A stretch of 63,758 nucleotides of DNA, filler included, from Lenisia limosa (taxonomy: Eukaryota > Protista > Breviatea), in NCBI GenBank assembly GCA_001655205.1. It is 18 parts of 18 records of this genome, joined end to end, with 100 filler letters (N's around TTAATTAATTAA, not from the genome) between each part and the next. Parts side by side here need not be neighbours in the genome. Positions count along the whole stretch, not along the records: positions 61,096 to 63,758 come from LPNZ01003774.1; 17 more parts are not named here. One strand, given 5' to 3'. Positions 61,127-63,758 of the stretch are shown here, piece by piece; positions within the stretch are counted from its first letter, which is position 1; each line of letters begins with the position of its first letter. The translations under genes were made by a program, and so were the position numbers. A model generated the notes under the pieces. The model saw only the letters and a program-made list of their open reading frames with translations. It had not been told where the DNA came from and ran no database searches.

Positions 61127-63400
61127 TTACGCTGGAGTTGTCATATAAAGAGCTGTTTTTCGAGGTTTCATTGTTTCAATCCCAATCTTGAAATGGACAA
61201 TTTCTGTCCTATTTCTTGCGAATACCGTGGTCTTTTCCATTGCTTTTAGACTTGAGAAGTCGCTCTTCCCAGTAGGCCGGGTCATGGGGGGCAATGGCTT
61301 GTCGGTCGGTCCCAAGTTCAAAAGGAAGTACAACTGTAGGCTGGGTGACCTCAACAACGGAAGAGTATCAGGATTGCAATCAAAGAATTTGATTTCAGTG
61401 TCAATCAAAGCTTGGTCTTCAGCAATGTTGACCCAGGCTGCTTCACTTGTGCTCATCTTGTGATTCAGGGCATGCTGTTGGGCTGTTCTAAATCCCTATC
61501 CTTATGAGGACCAAGGGGGTGGACCATATTGGTCCGGGGTACCAGTGTTCATATCATTTCGAAAACAAAGTTATATTTTGCTATAAATGAGAATGTTATA
61601 GTTCATATGATCTAGTACCATTTACTTGCTATTTTCAAATAATTGTGTTTTGGATCACCAGATCTTCTTTCCACTCAGTAATAGGAGAATAGTCTCAGTG
61701 GTTGCCTTTTGCTTGAAAATGTGAGTCTGTAACCTATTGTTGTAAAGATGATTAAGTCGCGAAATGAAACAGCAAAACTGAACTAAAGTAGACTATACCT
61801 GAAGGAAGTGGCTGGTGAAGGCAGGTTCGATGAATGACTTAGTGTAGTAAGAAGATAGATGCACATACCTGGAAAATTAAAACAGAAATAATAATTGAGC
61901 CATAACAAAGGTAACGCTGACCTCAATCGACACATGTATACGACCTCCGTCGCCAATCATGATGATGAAGTCAAATGGGGAGGAGCGTTTTGACTTTGCG
62001 ACGGACTCAATGCAACGGAGAAATCCTTCAGTTGAAAAGTACGCTGAAGGAATTGACACCAGTGGCAAACATATTCCATTCTTCAGCCGCAGCAATTGAC
62101 TCGGGTTTAGGAGTGAAAAGGACAGGGTTCTCCATAACGTTGTTGTCTCTCAGCCATTGGAGAATCTTTTTTGTTTCATCCGAATCAGCGGCACTAAGCT
62201 TAGGAAGATACCCGTTGGTGGAAGGTGGGCTTTTTGTTCACGAGTAGAGGCAGCTTCGGCAAACGCTGCAGATCCAACCATGATTCCAGACGAAACGATT
62301 TCTCCAAGACTTGTAACAGTCACAAGCCATTGGGTCGTTCTTAATGTCAGAAAAGACTCCACACATCCAGGCATTCTCGTCATNNNNNNNNNNNNNNNNN
62401 NNNNNNNNNNNNNNNNNNNNNNNNNNNNNNNNNNNNNNNNNNNNNNNNNNNNNNNNNNNNNNNNNNNNNNNNNNNNNNNNNNNNNNNNNNNNNNNNNNNN
62501 NNNNNNNNNNNNNNNNNNNNNNNNNNNNNNNNNNNNACATGCCAAGTTTTTTTGTAGCTTCCTTTTGTACTGCTTTAGCTCAGTTGGGAAGGGAATGGGG
62601 GCAAGACTCGCTGGAAACAATAAAATATACAATTTTAAATTGCTGTGAAAGACAATTCTTGACAAACCATCTTCGTCTTTGGAGTCAATTTTTGAGCGTA
62701 GACAAGAAACTTGGACCCGGATCACCTCTTCCATACTCACAGCAACACTGTAAGCACGGATTGCAGCCTTGGTTTTGGCATCAAGAGGAGCAACCTTGCT
62801 GACTTGACTGTCTTGGCAATATGCCGACCAATGCGAAGTCCAGCGTTGTACAGGCGAGCCATTTGCAGCGTGCTCTCAGGCTACAAAGGGGATTAGTTAC
62901 AATCGTTACTAATTATATAAAGCCCTTATTTCAGTTCCTTCACAATAGCTCTCTAGCAACTGAATAANNNNNNNNNNNNNNNNNNNNNNNNNNNNNNNNN
63001 NNNNNNNNNNNNNNNNNNNNNNNNNNNNNNNNNNNNNNNNNNNNNNNNNNNNNNNNNNNNNNNNNNNNNNNNNNNNNNNNNNNNNNNNNNNNNNNNNNNN
63101 NNNNNNNNNNNNNNNNNNNNNNNNNNNNNNNNNNNNNNNNNNNNNNNNNNNNNNNNNNNNNNNNNNTGATGGTTTCGAGCTTCATTGGAACAGTTGTTAA
63201 GAAATTTCCAGAAAAATATGTACACGTATCAAAAGGCTTACCTATTTTAACTTTCGGCAAGTTTCTTCAGCTTCTTTTACTGAGGCTGGTGTGAGTGGTT
63301 TCCGTCCCTTTTTCCTCGATCAACCTTCATGAAGTGTCTTGTGAGATTTGTTCACCACCGTGTTGTGAGAAACTCCCCAGAAGATTTTGTGTTCTTTAAA
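61127..63400 (-). CDS. Multi-exon gene, possibly trehalose-6-P synthase/phosphatase-like with a degenerate HAD domain
   Basis: KTVKSARLLLLMPK (cf. S-x-x-R-L-I-x-L-DYDGT), AFAEAASTREQKAHL (cf. FG..QAKELLDHL), PFDFIIMIGDG (cf. PDFVLCIGDD), in the expected order; similarity judged by eye. Confidence 0.35.
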
Positions 63401-63604
63401 GACAGAAATCTTGAAAGAGGCACTGTCGACAAGTTGGATTAAGCATAGTAAAAGATTTTGTATTATTAATATATACGTATTAACCTCACTTGGAATTGGA
63501 AAAACTTTCTCTTTGGAAAAACCGTTTTGCTTCAGTGCCTTTTTCTCCAATGTAAGATCCCTTTGTTGGTGCCTTCATCATTTTTAGTTTTTGGAACTAT
63601 TATT

Positions 63605-63758
63605 ATGGTCTCCCGCGGGCGCAAACCTGTAGAAAGCTACTTCACTAACTTTCCTGAGCTTGAGAATGCCTGGGCTGGTGTTGACAAAGATAAAAATAAG
63701 CCCATCCTTACGTCTAGAGAAAAGAACATTTACCTCAAGAAGGCAATTGAGGCGTACT
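63605..63758 (+). CDS. 5-prime end of a gene truncated by the window, unknown product
   Basis: ATG 63605, open to the end: MVSRGRKPVESYFTNFPELENAWAGVDKDKNKPILTSREKNIYLKKAIEAY; head-to-head with the minus-strand gene. Confidence 0.55.
   Translation, partial: MVSRGRKPVESYFTNFPELENAWAGVDKDKNKPILTSREKNIYLKKAIEAY

Noticed and set aside
4230-63260. Many provided ORFs containing runs of X
   Set aside because: They are open only because N runs hide stops; most also cross introns or spacers.

Overview
This is eukaryotic DNA, AT-rich and very intron-dense (GT-AG introns of about 30-300 nt); the lineage is not identifiable from the window. The window is not one locus: 17 artificial 100-nt spacers (44 N + TTAATTAATTAA + 44 N) join 18 short contigs, so adjacency across spacers means nothing. 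Recognisable genes are RPL7A (complete, with a C/D snoRNA in intron 2 matching the U49/SNORD49 LSU target), CDC14 (apparently complete), and fragments of a bubblegum-type acyl-CoA synthetase, a TMEM62-like metallophosphoesterase, a strongly divergent alpha-tubulin-like gene, a Cys-rich surface protein and a possible TPS/TPP-like protein. About a dozen multi-exon genes are unidentified. The most unusual signal is in the introns. (1) Two dispersed repeat families lie on the sense strand of their host genes in every copy I could orient; most copies that include the 3-prime half end at or just before the acceptor AG, which is introner-like. (2) Short tandem duplications repeatedly copy an exon-intron junction into the intron. 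(3) A roughly 97-bp TA-flanked hairpin MITE occurs about 20 times, with co-varying arms. All exon calls were made by eye; no database searches were run.
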